Positions 1 to 11,402 are shown, numbered from the stretch's first letter. The stretch: DNA of 64,000 nucleotides from Anaeromyxobacter sp. (GCA_049840735.1 JASGJN010000014.1:1-64000), one strand, 5' to 3'. Program-made: numbers and translations. Notes: a model not told the origin generated them from the sequence alone.

Positions 1-639
1 TTGCCTCCACACCCGCATCGCCACGACGAAACTGGGTGCGGCGGGACCGGGGCAGGCGGCGGGGCGATGTCGGGCGGCATCATGATTGCTCCGATCGACG
101 GGGCTGCGGCCCGGCGAAACCGTTGGCTGCGACAGACCGTATCGAACAGGAGGCGGCATGACCTGGCAGGAGGTTCGCGCGGCCCCCGGCGTCCCGAATT
201 TGTTCCGGGCGCCGCCGCCGCGCTGCTGACGGGCCCACGGGGGCCGAGCTACGCGCTGGCGGCCTGCTCCGGCAGCTCGGCGATCCACGGCGCCGCGGCG
301 AGCGCGGGCCACCGCGACGCTCGCTGCGCGCCGCCGCGGGTTTCGCCAGGAGATCCACCATCCCCTGCGCCGACGCGCCCGGCCTGGTGGCGTTCGGGGC
401 GGAAGTGGCCATGCCCGGCTTCCCGCCCGCCAGCGTGTCCGGCACACCGGCTTGAGCTTCGGCCGCGCCTTCGAGTTCCTGGCCCTGGCCAGGCATCGAG
501 ATCGTCACACCAAGGCCGTCGCGGCTCACCCGATCCTCGCGCTTGACGAACGCGACGCGCTCGACCGCGCCGGGGACCGGCTGCGCGCGCTGTGGGAGGA
601 ATTGCGGCCGCATCGGCGCGACACGGCGCGGCCACCCGG

Positions 640-1057
640 CCCCGGTGCCTCGCGCTGGGGGTGGTCCCCATCGTGGCCGGGCTGGAAAGTTCACGAACCT
701 GCTGGCCGACTGGCAGGGCTACCTCAGCCCGCTGGCCGTCCGGCTGCTGCCCTTCAAGCGGAAGCACCTTCATGCACCTGGCCGGCGTGGTGGAGGTGGC
801 GGTGGGCGTGGCCATCCTGATCGGGCACGCCCGCGTGTTCGGCTGGGTGGCCATGGCCCTGGCTGGGCGCCATCGCGCTCAACCTCATCACCACCGGCCA
901 CTTCCTCGACGTGGCCGCGCGCGACGCGGTGATGGCGGTCGCGGCCGCGGCGCTGGCGCAGCTGGCCCAGCTGCACGAGCGGGCCCCCGCCGGCGCGCCA
1001 GGCCAGCCCAGACCCCCGGCCGCGGGCGGGGCCGGGCCGGCGGCGTCGCGCCCGTAG
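640..1057 (+). CDS. DoxX-like membrane protein (frameshifted; start uncertain)
   Basis: Pieces across frames read GVVPIVAGL-KFTNLLADWQGYLSP-FMHLAGVVEVAVGVAIL-WLGAIALNLITTGHFLDVAARD; stop TAG at 1055-1057. Confidence 0.6.
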
Positions 1058-1218
1058 CGAGGGGCGCGCGGGCCGGCGTCCCCGGCGGAGGCCCTCCGCC
1101 GGCCGCAGCCAGGAAGGGGCCCCGCCCCTCCTGGCACGCCTTTGCGCCGCGCTGCGCATTGACCGAGAGCGAACCCGGCCCCATACCCTGGGCAAAACCC
1201 GACGACAGGGGGCCGTCG

Positions 1219-4200
1219 ATGTCCCTGCCCAGGCCGGAGTCCGCACGCGTGCCGCTGCACTCGGTCCTCGCCGCGGAGCTGGAGCAGCTCCGCGGCCCGC
1301 GCGCGGAGCAGGCCCCGGCGGGCGGGACCCCGGACGGCGAGGCCTCCGCCCGGTCGCCGGCCGACCCGCTGGCCGCCCACTTCGCCCGCGTGGCCGCCCA
1401 GGCCGAGCCGCTCTCGGCGCTGTGCCTGTCCGGCGGCGGATCCGCAGCGCCACCTTCAACCTGGGCCTGGTGCAGGCGCTGGCGCGCTCCGGGCTCCTGC
1501 TCCGCTTCGACTACCTCTCACCGTCTCCGGCGGCGGCTACATCGGCAGCTGGCTGAGGCCTGGATTCAGCGGACCTCCTGCGGCGTGCCGGTGGACCGCA
1601 ACACCGCGCCGGCTCCCCTGCCCCGCGCCCGGCGTGACCCCCGGGACGCCCTCGGGGCTGGACGCGGCGGCCCCGGTGGCGGCGCGGCTGACGCGCGGCG
1701 TCGACGATCACGCCGGCCCGCGCAACCCGCTCCGCCCCGAGCCGCGGCCGGTGGACCGGCTGCGCGAGTTCGGCACTTTCCTTCACGCCGCGCAAGGGCG
1801 TCGGCTCCGGCGACACCTGGGCCGTGGCCGCCATCTTCTTCCGGAACCTGCTCCTCAACTGGCTGGTGATCGCCCCATCATCGCCGCCCTGCTGATGGGG
1901 CCGCAGCTCCTGGCCGCGGTGGTCGACGACGCCGGCTGGGCGCCGCGCCCGGACTGGGCGCGCACCTCGGCCTGGTTCGCCATCGGCCTGGCGCTGGCCG
2001 CCAGCGTCATCACGCACACGCTCCGCAGCCACGGCCCGGGCGCCACCCTGGCCCAGGCCACCGGCGACGCGGCCGCCGCGGCCCGGCCCGGCCCGACCGC
2101 ACCGCCCTGCGACAGGCTGAAGCCGGTGGAGCGCCGGGGCGACGCCGGCCAGCTGGCATTGTTCGTCGCGACGTTCGGCCTGTTCGTCCCGGCGGCGATC
2201 GCCTTCGTGATGGCGGCGGCCTGGGCGGACACCCCCTCCGGCGCGCTCCCCTGGTTCCAGCCCACCGACAGCGTGGTCCCGGCCTCCTTGCTCGCGCCGC
2301 CCAGCCACTACTGGGGCCGGGTGCAGGAGGTCGCGGCCTGGACCATCGGCATCCCGCTGGTGGGCTGGGCCATCGGCTCCGTGGTCCGGGCCGGGCTGGC
2401 GCGCCGGCGAGCCCGCCTGGCCAGCCCGCTGCCGCCTCCTGCGAGCCCGCCCGCCGCCGACACGCGGCCGTTCGGCCCGTGGATGGCGCCGGTGATCGAC
2501 GCGCTGGGGCTCGTCCTCTCCGGCGCCGTGATCGCGCTGATGCTGGGGGGCCTCCTGGGCGCCAACCTGCACAGCCAGGCCCTGCTCCAGCCGCGTGGCG
2601 TCGCCATCCTGGCCGTGCCCGCGCTGCTGGTGGCCTACGCCATCGGGCGAGCGCTCTTCGGCGCCATCGACAGCCTCAACGAGGACTGGGTGCGCGGGAC
2701 CACCGTCGGCGACGACGGCGACCGGGAGTGGTGGGCGCGGATCATCGGCCGCGTGCTGGCCGCCGCGGCCGTCTGGGCGGTGCTGGGCGTGGTCGTCCTG
2801 TACGGGATGGACCTCCTGCAGGAGGGGTGGTCGCGGCTGGTGGTGCTGGGCGCCGGAGGGGCGAGCGCGGTGGCCACCGCCCTCCTCGGCAAGGGCGAGG
2901 AGACCGGCTCCGGCCGCGGCTCGCCTGGCTCGCGCCGCCGCGAGCTGGTCATGAAGGTGGTGGCCGGGGTGGCGGTGGCCTGCGTCCTGGCCCTGCTCGC
3001 CGGGGCGACCCAGGCGCTCACCGGCTTCCTGGCCGAGTGGCTGCGGCTGCGCTTCGGCATGACCCAGCCGCTGGCCCCGCAGCTGTGGGGGTTCCTGGCC
3101 GCGGCCGGCTTCCTGGTGGCGGTGAGCCTCGTGTCCGGGTTCTTCGTGGACGTGAACCGCTTCTCGCTCCACCGCATGTACCGGAACCGCCTGGTGCGGG
3201 CCTACCTGGGCGCCTCCAACGTGGAGCGGCGGCCCGACCCGGTGAGCGGGTTCGACCACGCCGACGGCAGCGTGCTGCTCAAGGACTGCCGCCCCCGCGT
3301 GGACGGCCGCACGCGCCTCTTGCCCATCGTGAACTGCACGCTCAACCTGCTGCGCGGCGGGAAGCTGGGCTGGCAGGAGCGGCAGGCCGAGTCCTTCTCG
3401 ATGACCCCGCTCTACTGCGGGAACTTCTACGAGGGGTACCGGGCCACCGCCCACTACGGCTCGCCGCGCGGCGGCATCAGCCTGGGCAGCGCCATGGCCA
3501 TCTCCGGCGCCGCCGCCAACCCGAACATGGGCTATGTCTCCAGCCCGGCCCTCACCTTCCTGCTGGCGCTGCTCAACGCCCGGCTCGGGGTCTGGCTCGC
3601 GAACCCCAACGAGCGCGGCGACCACGTGGCCCACAAGCGCGGCCCCAGCCACGCCACCGCGCACCTGCTGCGGGAGCTGCTGGGCCTGACCGACCGCAAG
3701 TCACCCTTCGTGAACCTCTCCGACGGCGGCCACTTCGACAACCTGGGCCTGTACGAGGTGGTGCTGCGCCGCTGCCGGCACGTGGTGGTGAGCGACGCCG
3801 GCTGCGATCCCGCCGCCGGCTACGGCGACCTGGGCAGCGTCATCCGCCGCATCCGGGTGGACTTCGGCGTGCCCATCGTGGTCGAGCGCGAGTGGCAGAT
3901 CGCGCCGCGCGGACCGGCGGGCGAGCTGCCCACCACCGGCTACTACTGCGCCCAGGCGCGCGTCCTGTACAGCCGGGTGGACGGCACGCCGCCCGAGCGC
4001 GACGGCGTGCTGGTCTACTTCAAGCCCACCCTGGCGCCGTGGGGCCAGTGCCCACTGCCCCCGGACGTGCTGGCCTACGCCCGCCGCGAGGTGCGGTTCC
4101 CCCACGAGTCCACCGCCGACCAGTGGTTCTCCGAGTCGCAGTTCGAGAGCTACCGCGCGCTGGGCGAGCACCTGGTGGCGACGGTGATCGGCGAGGCGCC

Positions 4201-4432
4201 GCTCGACGGGTTCGAGGCCTTCCTGGCGCGCGTGCGCACCCACCTCGATCGCCAGGCCGCGGCCGAGGCGGCGGCGCAGCGCGCGGAGGTCACCGCCCCC
4301 GCCCGTCCGGCCGCCGGAAGGAACGAGGCGCTGCTGCCGGCGCCGCCCTCCGCCGGCGGGGAGGAGGCGATGCTGCCGGCGCCGCCACCGGACGGCGGGA
4401 ACGGCGCCGGGGAGGCGCCCCAGCGCCACTGA
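1219..4432 (+). CDS. Large multi-TM patatin/cPLA2-like phospholipase (5' part frameshifted)
   Basis: ALCLSGGG-IRSATFNLG, FDYL-TVSGGGYIGSW nucleophile region and LSDGGHFDNLG; many hydrophobic helices in between; indels at about 1440-1880. Confidence 0.8.
4325..4402 (+). repeat. Imperfect 39-bp tandem duplication in patatin C-terminal tail
   Basis: EALLPAPPSAGGE / EAMLPAPPPDGGN. Confidence 0.6.
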
Positions 4433-4444
4433 CCGGGAGCGGCC

Positions 4445-4774
4445 TCAGGGCCCCGGGGCGCTGGGCGGCGCGACGTGCGCGGGCGGAGACTCCCCGTGGA
4501 AGGCCGGCAGCGTCTCCGCCGCCTCCTCGTCCGCGTAGCACCAGCCCCACGCCTCCCCGGGCTCGTACGAGCGGATCACCGGGTGCTGGGCGCCGTGGAA
4601 GTGGCGGGTGGCGTGGCGGTTGGGGGAGCTGTCGCAGCAGCCCACGTGGCCGCAGGTGAGGCACAGGCGCAGGTGCACCCAGGCGCTGCCGGACGCCAGG
4701 CACTCCTTGCAGCCACGGGAGCTCGGCTGGACGGGGACCGTCCGGTGCTGCGCGGCCTCCAGGTGCTTGCACAT
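4445..4774 (-). CDS. UBP-type zinc finger protein
   Basis: CKEC...WVHLRLCLTCGHVGCCDSSPNRHATRHF. Confidence 0.9.
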   Translation of the reverse strand: MCKHLEAAQHRTVPVQPSSRGCKECLASGSAWVHLRLCLTCGHVGCCDSSPNRHATRHFHGAQHPVIRSYEPGEAWGWCYADEEAAETLPAFHGESPPAHVAPPSAPGP

Positions 4775-4943
4775 GGTTCCTCCGCCCCGAATCGACGGGG
4801 AGGGCGACATAGCCGGCGCCCCGGCGCGGCGCCCGCTCCGGTCGGCCGGGCAGCCGGGCGGCCACGCGTGGGGCGCCCGTCCGCCCGTGCGCGGGGACCC
4901 GGGCGGCGGCTATATCCAGCCCTCCCGCAGCCCGGAGGCGCAG

Positions 4944-5798
4944 ATGGCAGAGCGTGTCGTGAAGGACGTGATCGTGCCCATGGCGGCGAGCGACGGCGCC
5001 GGCGTCCGCCTCCAGCGGAGCATCGCCACGCCCCAGCTCGACCGGCTGGACCCGTTCTTCCTGTTCGACAACTTCGGCTCGGAGAACCCCGACGACTACA
5101 TCGCCGGCTTCCCCATGCACCCGCACCGCGGCATCGAGACCCGTCACCTACATGCTGGACGGCAGCGTCAGCCACCGGGACAGCCTCGGCAACCAGGGGA
5201 CCATCCAGGGCGGCGACGTGCAGTGGATGACCGCCGGCAGCGGCATCATGCACGAGGAGATGCCGCACGCCGGCCCGCGCCGGCTGGAGGGCTTCCAGAT
5301 CTGGGTGAACCTCCCGCGCAAGCTCAAGATGACCACGCCCCGCTACCAGGACGTCCCGGGCGCGAGCATCCCGGTGGTCACGGCGGCCGGCGGCGCCCGC
5401 GTGAAGCTGGTGGCCGGGCAGGTGGACGGGGTGGAGGGGGCGGTGCGCGAATCTTCGCCGGCCCCTCCTACCTGGACGTCGAGCTGCCCGCAGGCGCCAG
5501 CTTCGAGCAGCCGGTGACCCGCGGCCACACCGCGCTCCTGTACGTGTTCCGCGGCGAGGCCGAGGTGGCCGGAAGGACCATCCCCTCCCCGCGCCTCGCC
5601 ATCCTGGGCGACGGCGACGCGGTGCGCGTGCGCGCGCCCGCCGGGGAGGCCCGCTTCCTGCTGCTCTCGGCGCAGCCGCTGGAGGAGCCCGCCGTCCGCT
5701 ACGGACCGTTCGTGATGAACACCGAGGACGAGATCCGGCAGGCGCTGCTGGACCTGCGCCAGGGAACGTTCGTCAAGACCAGGCCGGCGCTGCGCTGA
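4944..5798 (+). CDS. Pirin family protein (two compensating frameshifts at about 5141 and 5450)
   Basis: DPFFLFD, GFPMHPHRGIET, VQWMTAGSGIMHEE, YGPFVMNT. Confidence 0.9.
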   Translation: MAERVVKDVIVPMAASDGAGVRLQRSIATPQLDRLDPFFLFDNFGSENPDDYIAGFPMHPHRGIETRHLHAGRQRQPPGQPRQPGDHPGRRRAVDDRRQRHHARGDAARRPAPAGGLPDLGEPPAQAQDDHAPLPGRPGREHPGGHGGRRRPREAGGRAGGRGGGGGARIFAGPSYLDVELPAGASFEQPVTRGHTALLYVFRGEAEVAGRTIPSPRLAILGDGDAVRVRAPAGEARFLLLSAQPLEEPAVRYGPFVMNTEDEIRQALLDLRQGTFVKTRPALR

Positions 5799-5816
5799 CC
5801 CGGCCGGCCCGGCGCC

Positions 5817-7028
5817 TCAGTGGCTCGGTCCGCGCCGCAGCCCCGCGCGGTCGTGCGGCAGCTCGAACCGGAACACGTTTCCGCCGCCAGGCGCCGGCAC
5901 CACCTCGATGGCGCCGCCGAGGGCCCGGACCACCAGCTGGCAGAAGGCCAGCCCCAGGCCGTGGCCCTCGGACGGCGCGCCGGCCGGGCCCCGCTCGAAG
6001 GCCTCGAAGATCCGCTCGCGCTGGCCGGGCTCGATGGTGCGCCCGTGGTCGCGCACGGCGCAGAAGGCGCCGCCGGCGCTGGAGGGCTCGACCGAGATCT
6101 CGATGGGCTGGCCGCTCGGACCGTGCTTCATGGCGTTGCCGATCAGGTTCTCGAGGACGCGGTCCAGGAGCTGCCGGTCGGCCATCACCACCGCCGGCCC
6201 CTCCGGCGCGGTGCAGGCGATCACCTGGCCGCGCTGACCGGCCAGGCGCGCCAGCCGGGCGCCGGCGCCGTTCGCCACCCCGGCCAGGTCCACCGGCTCG
6301 ATCCGCAGCGGGAGCTCGCGCGACCGGCTGAGCGTGAGGTCGAGCAGGTCCGCCAACAGGTGCCGCATGCGGGTGGAGGCCGCCGTCACGTCGAGCAGCA
6401 GCTCCCGGGATCCGGCGTCCGCCGGCTCGATCACCGAGGCCGCCAGCTCGATGGCGGTGAGCGGCCCGCGCAGATCGTGGACCACCATGGCCGCGAGGAG
6501 CTCCTGATCGCGCTGGTGCGACCGGGCCTCCTCGAGGCCGCCCTGCAGCCGCCGCTGTCCCCGCCGGAGCTCGAGCTCGCTCTCCACGAGGCGCCCCAGC
6601 GTGAGCAGGGCGCCCAGCGCGTCCTCCGGCAGCTGGCGCGGCGCCCGGTCGATGAGGCACAGCGTCCCGAGCCCGGCCCCCTCCGGCGAGCGGATGGGCA
6701 CGCCGCAGTAGAAGCGGATCCAGGGGTCGCCCGTGACCAGCGGGTTGGCGGCGAAGCGCGGGTCCTGGCGGGCGTCGGCGACCACCAGCGGCGCGTCGGC
6801 CGCGATGGCGTGGGCGCAGAAGGACCACTCCCTGGGCGTCTCCGCGGCCGCCAGGCCGACCCGCGCCTTGAACCACTGGCGCGACTCTTCCACCAGCGAG
6901 ACCAGCACGATGGGTACGGAGAAGAACCGCGAGGCCAGGCGGACCACCCCGTCGAACGACTCCTCCGGCACGGTGTCGAGGATCCCGTAGTCCCGCAGGA
7001 TCCGCAGGCGCTCCGCCTCGCTGTGCAT
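5817..7028 (-). CDS. GAF-domain sensor histidine kinase
   Basis: GAF (ETPREWSFCAHAI, DPRFAANPLV), H-box HDLRGPL, N-box NLIGNAMKH, G-box GHGLGL. Confidence 0.9.
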   Translation of the reverse strand: MHSEAERLRILRDYGILDTVPEESFDGVVRLASRFFSVPIVLVSLVEESRQWFKARVGLAAAETPREWSFCAHAIAADAPLVVADARQDPRFAANPLVTGDPWIRFYCGVPIRSPEGAGLGTLCLIDRAPRQLPEDALGALLTLGRLVESELELRRGQRRLQGGLEEARSHQRDQELLAAMVVHDLRGPLTAIELAASVIEPADAGSRELLLDVTAASTRMRHLLADLLDLTLSRSRELPLRIEPVDLAGVANGAGARLARLAGQRGQVIACTAPEGPAVVMADRQLLDRVLENLIGNAMKHGPSGQPIEISVEPSSAGGAFCAVRDHGRTIEPGQRERIFEAFERGPAGAPSEGHGLGLAFCQLVVRALGGAIEVVPAPGGGNVFRFELPHDRAGLRRGPSH

Positions 7029-7252
7029 CGCGTGCTCCCTGGTCGAAGCCCGCGCCCTGCCGGCTGGCGCGAGCCGCAGCCAGACGGGGATACGCGATCA
7101 CGAACGGCACTGCGCGGACCATTCGGGCTGCGTGCGCAGAGGGGCGGGCGACCGGCACCCCGGCGGCACCTCGAGTCGGGCGCGACAGGCTGGAAGGTCC
7201 CGCGGGTGGCCTCACGGTGCGTCAATGCCCCGGACGCGCCCGGGCGCGCGGC

Positions 7253-8263
7253 TCAGACCGTGACCAGCTCGTAGCGCCGGCTGCCCATCTGCAGCGTGCG
7301 CATGTGCTCGAGCTGGCGGAGCCCGCCGCGGGACTCGATCCGCTCCACCATGTCGCGGCGCTGGTCCGGCGGCAACGCGTAGACCAGGTCCACCGAGGCC
7401 TGGTCGATGGCCAGGATGTCGGTGGAGCCCAGGATCCCGATGTCCGGGCAGGTGGGCTGGCGGCCGGCGGCGTCACAGTCGCAGTCCACCGAGATGTTCT
7501 TCAGCACGTTGATGAAGGCGATGCGCGGGGCGAAGTGCGAGGTGATGGCCTTGCCCGACTCCACCATGCGCTCCAGGAAGAGCGAGCCCAGCTCCCAGTC
7601 CGGGCCGTGGACCTGCAGCTTCCCGACCTGCCCCGAGGCGCAGCCGATGCCGATGTTCTTGAGCGAGCCGCCGAAGCCGCCCATCTGGTGCCCCTTGAAG
7701 TGCGTGTAGACGAGGAGCGAGTCGTAGTCGAGGAGGTGGCTGCCCACCGCCACCTCGGTCAGGTGGCGGCCCGGCGTGAGCCCCCGGCCCGAGGCGATCA
7801 GCGCCTGCATGCCGGGGATGGGCAGCACGGCGTCACCCTCGGCGTCGGCGATGTCCACCGGGCAGAAGTCGAACCCGTTCACCCGCAAGACCTCCAGGTG
7901 GCCGGAGGTGCCCTGCCGCGGGCTCGGGTAGAGGACGTTGCACTCCACGATGGTGCTGTCCGGGATGGTGGCCTGCAGCCCCTTGATGAGCGAGATGGGG
8001 AGCAGGTTGGGCCCCAGCGGCTCGCCGCTGTGCAGCTTGATGGCCACCCTGCCGGTCAGGCTGGCGCCGATCTGCGCGTAGATCCGGAGCAGCCCGGCCA
8101 CGCTCAGGTCGCTGGTGAAGAAGACTGGCGACGGCTCGCCGGGATCCGGCTCCTCCGAGGAGGAGGAGCCGCCGCAGCCCACGCCCAGCTCCGCGGCGGC
8201 GACCGCGCCGACAGCCAGGGCGCCGTGCTTCAGGAAGGTGCGGCGGTGCAGGTGGCTGCTCAT
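7253..8263 (-). CDS. DUF362 family protein with Tat signal and possible lipobox
   Basis: HRRTFLK, LGVGC, VAIKLHSGE, HFKGHQMGGFGGSLKNIGIGCAS, ISVDCDC, DILAIDQAS. Confidence 0.8.
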   Translation of the reverse strand: MSSHLHRRTFLKHGALAVGAVAAAELGVGCGGSSSSEEPDPGEPSPVFFTSDLSVAGLLRIYAQIGASLTGRVAIKLHSGEPLGPNLLPISLIKGLQATIPDSTIVECNVLYPSPRQGTSGHLEVLRVNGFDFCPVDIADAEGDAVLPIPGMQALIASGRGLTPGRHLTEVAVGSHLLDYDSLLVYTHFKGHQMGGFGGSLKNIGIGCASGQVGKLQVHGPDWELGSLFLERMVESGKAITSHFAPRIAFINVLKNISVDCDCDAAGRQPTCPDIGILGSTDILAIDQASVDLVYALPPDQRRDMVERIESRGGLRQLEHMRTLQMGSRRYELVTV

Positions 8264-8418
8264 CGGATCCCCCTCTCGAGAACGCTGGATGACGGTGGGT
8301 GCACGTGGGCCATCACGCCCCGGACGAGGCTGCCCGCCGTTCGTGACGGCCGCCGGGCGCGGCGCGTCCGGCCGCAGGGACATCCCCGTGCCGCGGACCG
8401 CAGGGCGCGGGCGTCGGC

Positions 8419-9327
8419 TCAGGGGAACGCGTACAGCAGCACCAGCTCGGCCTTGGTGTCGGTCTCCTCGGCCAGCGGCCGGTAGCCGGTCTCCCAGGAC
8501 TGGCCGGCGGGCGGCGGCAGCGGCGCGGGGGCGGAGTCGAAGCGGGTGGACACATGCAGCCCGAGGGCCAGCAGCGCCGTGACCTTCACGTCCGCCTCGG
8601 CGCGCCCGATCAGCCGCAGGTGCTCGAAGGCCTGCAGGTGGCCGGCGGGGACGGTCTCCGGCGCCAGGTTGAGCAGGCCGTCCCCGGAGATCCGGAAGAC
8701 GATCTTGTCCCAGGGCGCGAGCTCGTAGCCGAGGAAGGCGCGCGCAGAGTGGAAGGTGGAGGGGTCGGCGCCGGACACGAAGGTCTGGTGCGCCAGGTCG
8801 TAGCCGAGCTCGAGCGTCAGCGACTGGACCTCGTCGAGCAGCAGCGCCCGGCCGTAGCCGACCTGCGCCGCTCCCAGGAACCGGGTGCCGGCGGGGCGGT
8901 CGCCGCCGCCCGCCAGCGAGGCGTAGAGCGAGTTCTTCTCCCCCAGGTAGCGGTCGGCGCGGAGCCTGGCGCCCCAGGCCTGCGTGGTGGCCTGGCTGAG
9001 GGTGCGGACCTCGCCCGCGCCGATCCCGGGGAGCCCGTCCGACTCCTCCGCCACGCGCACGCGCGAGCGCGCGTAGGCCCCGCGCAGCTCCGCCAGGAAG
9101 CGCCAGGCGCCCTCGCGCCGGGAGACGTCGCCGGTGAAGCTGGTCCCGAGCGCGCTGGAGTTGCCGGAGGCGGCGGTGAAGCCCAGCTGCGCGGAGCCCT
9201 TCCAGCGCGGCGTGTCGTCCGCTGGGCGCTCGGAGAAGGTGAAGGTGGGCGTCTGGGCCGCGGCGGCGGCCGGGATCGTCAGCGGGAGCAGGAGGGCCAG
9301 GAGGCGGGAGATCCGGTGGAGGCGCAT
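8419..9327 (-). CDS. DUF481-like outer membrane beta-barrel protein
   Basis: Signal peptide, WKGSAQLGFTAASGNS, amphipathic strands, aromatic C-terminus. Confidence 0.7.
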   Translation of the reverse strand: MRLHRISRLLALLLPLTIPAAAAAQTPTFTFSERPADDTPRWKGSAQLGFTAASGNSSALGTSFTGDVSRREGAWRFLAELRGAYARSRVRVAEESDGLPGIGAGEVRTLSQATTQAWGARLRADRYLGEKNSLYASLAGGGDRPAGTRFLGAAQVGYGRALLLDEVQSLTLELGYDLAHQTFVSGADPSTFHSARAFLGYELAPWDKIVFRISGDGLLNLAPETVPAGHLQAFEHLRLIGRAEADVKVTALLALGLHVSTRFDSAPAPLPPPAGQSWETGYRPLAEETDTKAELVLLYAFP

Positions 9328-9437
9328 CGGCGTGTCCGCCCCGCGCCTGCAGCGGCGGGCGCGGGCGGGAGGGCGTTATCGCACGCGGCCCGGCGCGGGA
9401 CCAGCGACCGGGGCCCGCCGGACCGGCGCGCCGCCGC

Positions 9438-11402
9438 TCACGCCGGCGCGCTCGCGGCGATGAGGCCGAGGAGCAGCTTGACGTCGGGCGGCTTGGGCAC
9501 GTGCGCGTCGAACCCCGCCTCGCGCGCCCGCGCCCGGTCCTCCGGCCGCGCGTAGCCGCTGACCGCGATGAGCCTGGCCCGCGGGAGGCGCGCCTCGGCC
9601 CGCAGGGTGCGCGCCACCTCGTAGCCGTCGATGTCCGGCAGCCCGAGGTCGCACAGCACCACCTGCGGGCGCAGCTCCAGGGCGCGATCCAGGCCCGAGC
9701 GCCCGTCATGGGCGAGCTGCACGCGGTGCCCCGCCAGCTCCAGGATCTCGGCCAGGCTCTCGGCGGCGTCCACGTTGTCCTCGATCACCAGGACCGAGAG
9801 CGCCGCCGCCGCCTCGGCCGGCGCGTCCGCGCGCGGCCCCGCCGCCTCGGCGAGCGGCAGCCGCAGCACGAACTCCGCGCCCTGCCCGGCCCCGTCGCTC
9901 CGGCCTTCCACCGACCCGCCGTGCAGCTCCACCAGCCCCTTCACCAGGGCCAGGCCGAGCCCCAGCCCGCCCTTCGAGCGGGCCAGCGGCTGCGCCGCCT
10001 GCACGAACGGCTCGAACATGCCCGCCACCGAGCCGGGCGCCATGCCTTCGCCGGTGTCCTGCACGCGGAGCTCGGCGCTGCCCTCGTGGGCCCGGATCGT
10101 CACCGCGACGCGGCCCCCGGGCGGCGTGAACTTCGCCGCGTTCTGGAACAGGTTGCCCAGCACCTGCGCGATGCGCGTCCGGTCGCCGTCGATCCAGACC
10201 GGCCCGGCCGCGCCCGAGAGGCGCAGCTCCACCCCCGCGTCCGCGAAGAGCGAGGCCAGATCCTCGGCGGTGTCGCGCGCCACCTCGCGCAGCTCCAGCC
10301 GCTCGCGCTGCAGCGTCACCTTGCCGGAGGAGATCCGGGTCACGTCCAGCAGGTCGTCCACCAGGCGGGACAGGTGCCCGCTCTGGCGGTCGAGCACCTC
10401 CAGGGCGCGGGCGGCGCGGGGCGAGCCGGGCGCGGCCTGCTGCAGCACGTGGATGCCGTTGCGGATGGGCGTGAGCGGGTTGCGCAGCTCGTGCGAGAGC
10501 ACGCCCAGGAAGTCGCTCTTGCGCTGATCGGCCAGGCGCAGCGCGTCCTCCGCCTGGCGCCGCAGCGTCACGTCGTTGAAGAGCACCGCCACCTGGCGCT
10601 GCTCCGGCTCCCCGGCGCGGAAGGCGTAGACGTCGTAGGTGCGCCCCAGGCTGCGCGAGGGCAGCTCGAAGCGGGTGGGCTCCCCGGTCACCGCCACCCG
10701 GCCGTAGACCTCGAACCAGCGCTCCTCCTGGACCGGCACCAGCTCCCGGACCCGTCGGCCCACCGCCTGGTCCAGCCCGGTCTGCTGCTGGAAGGCCCGG
10801 TTCACCTCCAGGAACCGGTAGTCGCAGGCCCGTTCGCCGTCGAAGAGGACCTCGATGATGCAGAACCCCTCGTCGATCGAGTCGAAGAGCGTCCGGTACC
10901 TGGCCTCGGTCCGGGACTGCACCTGGACGGCGTGGGTGGTCTCCTCGGTGACGTTCAGGACGGCGACCACCCGCCCGTCCGCGCCGACGAGGGGCGAGAG
11001 CGAGTAGGTGAAGAAGGCCTCTTCCTCCCGCCGGCCCCGGACGATGCGGTAGGGCGTGTCCACGTGGCGGAAGCTCCGGGCCTCCCGGAGGACGGCGGTG
11101 AACTCCTGCTCGACGGCGGACCAGACCTCGGCCCAGACCTCGCGCCCCGGGCGCCCCATGGCCCAGCTGCGCTTGCCGCCGAGCACCTCGGCGTAGGCGT
11201 CGTTGTGGATGAGCGTGAAGTCCTCGCCGGCCCAGAGCGCCATGGGCGTGGGCGAGGCCATGGAGACGGACACCACGCTGCGCAGCGTCTCCGGCCACAC
11301 TTCCGGCGGACCGACCGAGGTGGCGCTCCAGTCGATGCCGCGCGCCAGCCGGCGGGCCTCGCCGGGGCCGTCGAACGGGTCGGGGCGCGGAGCCGAGGTC
11401 AT
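9438..11402 (-). CDS. PAS-domain hybrid histidine kinase/receiver
   Basis: IDWSATSVGP N-terminus, PAS regions, SHELRNPL, NAAKFT, GGLGLGL, receiver VLCDLGLP. Confidence 0.92.
   Translation of the reverse strand: MTSAPRPDPFDGPGEARRLARGIDWSATSVGPPEVWPETLRSVVSVSMASPTPMALWAGEDFTLIHNDAYAEVLGGKRSWAMGRPGREVWAEVWSAVEQEFTAVLREARSFRHVDTPYRIVRGRREEEAFFTYSLSPLVGADGRVVAVLNVTEETTHAVQVQSRTEARYRTLFDSIDEGFCIIEVLFDGERACDYRFLEVNRAFQQQTGLDQAVGRRVRELVPVQEERWFEVYGRVAVTGEPTRFELPSRSLGRTYDVYAFRAGEPEQRQVAVLFNDVTLRRQAEDALRLADQRKSDFLGVLSHELRNPLTPIRNGIHVLQQAAPGSPRAARALEVLDRQSGHLSRLVDDLLDVTRISSGKVTLQRERLELREVARDTAEDLASLFADAGVELRLSGAAGPVWIDGDRTRIAQVLGNLFQNAAKFTPPGGRVAVTIRAHEGSAELRVQDTGEGMAPGSVAGMFEPFVQAAQPLARSKGGLGLGLALVKGLVELHGGSVEGRSDGAGQGAEFVLRLPLAEAAGPRADAPAEAAAALSVLVIEDNVDAAESLAEILELAGHRVQLAHDGRSGLDRALELRPQVVLCDLGLPDIDGYEVARTLRAEARLPRARLIAVSGYARPEDRARAREAGFDAHVPKPPDVKLLLGLIAASAPA

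Noticed and set aside
1..640. Probable gene(s) at the window start (AGGAGG then ATG at 158)
   Set aside because: Too many frame breaks and no recognisable motif to call a product.
7253..9709. 818 aa ORF spanning DUF481 and DUF362
   Set aside because: Only the part from 8263 is coding; the upstream part is out-of-frame read-through.
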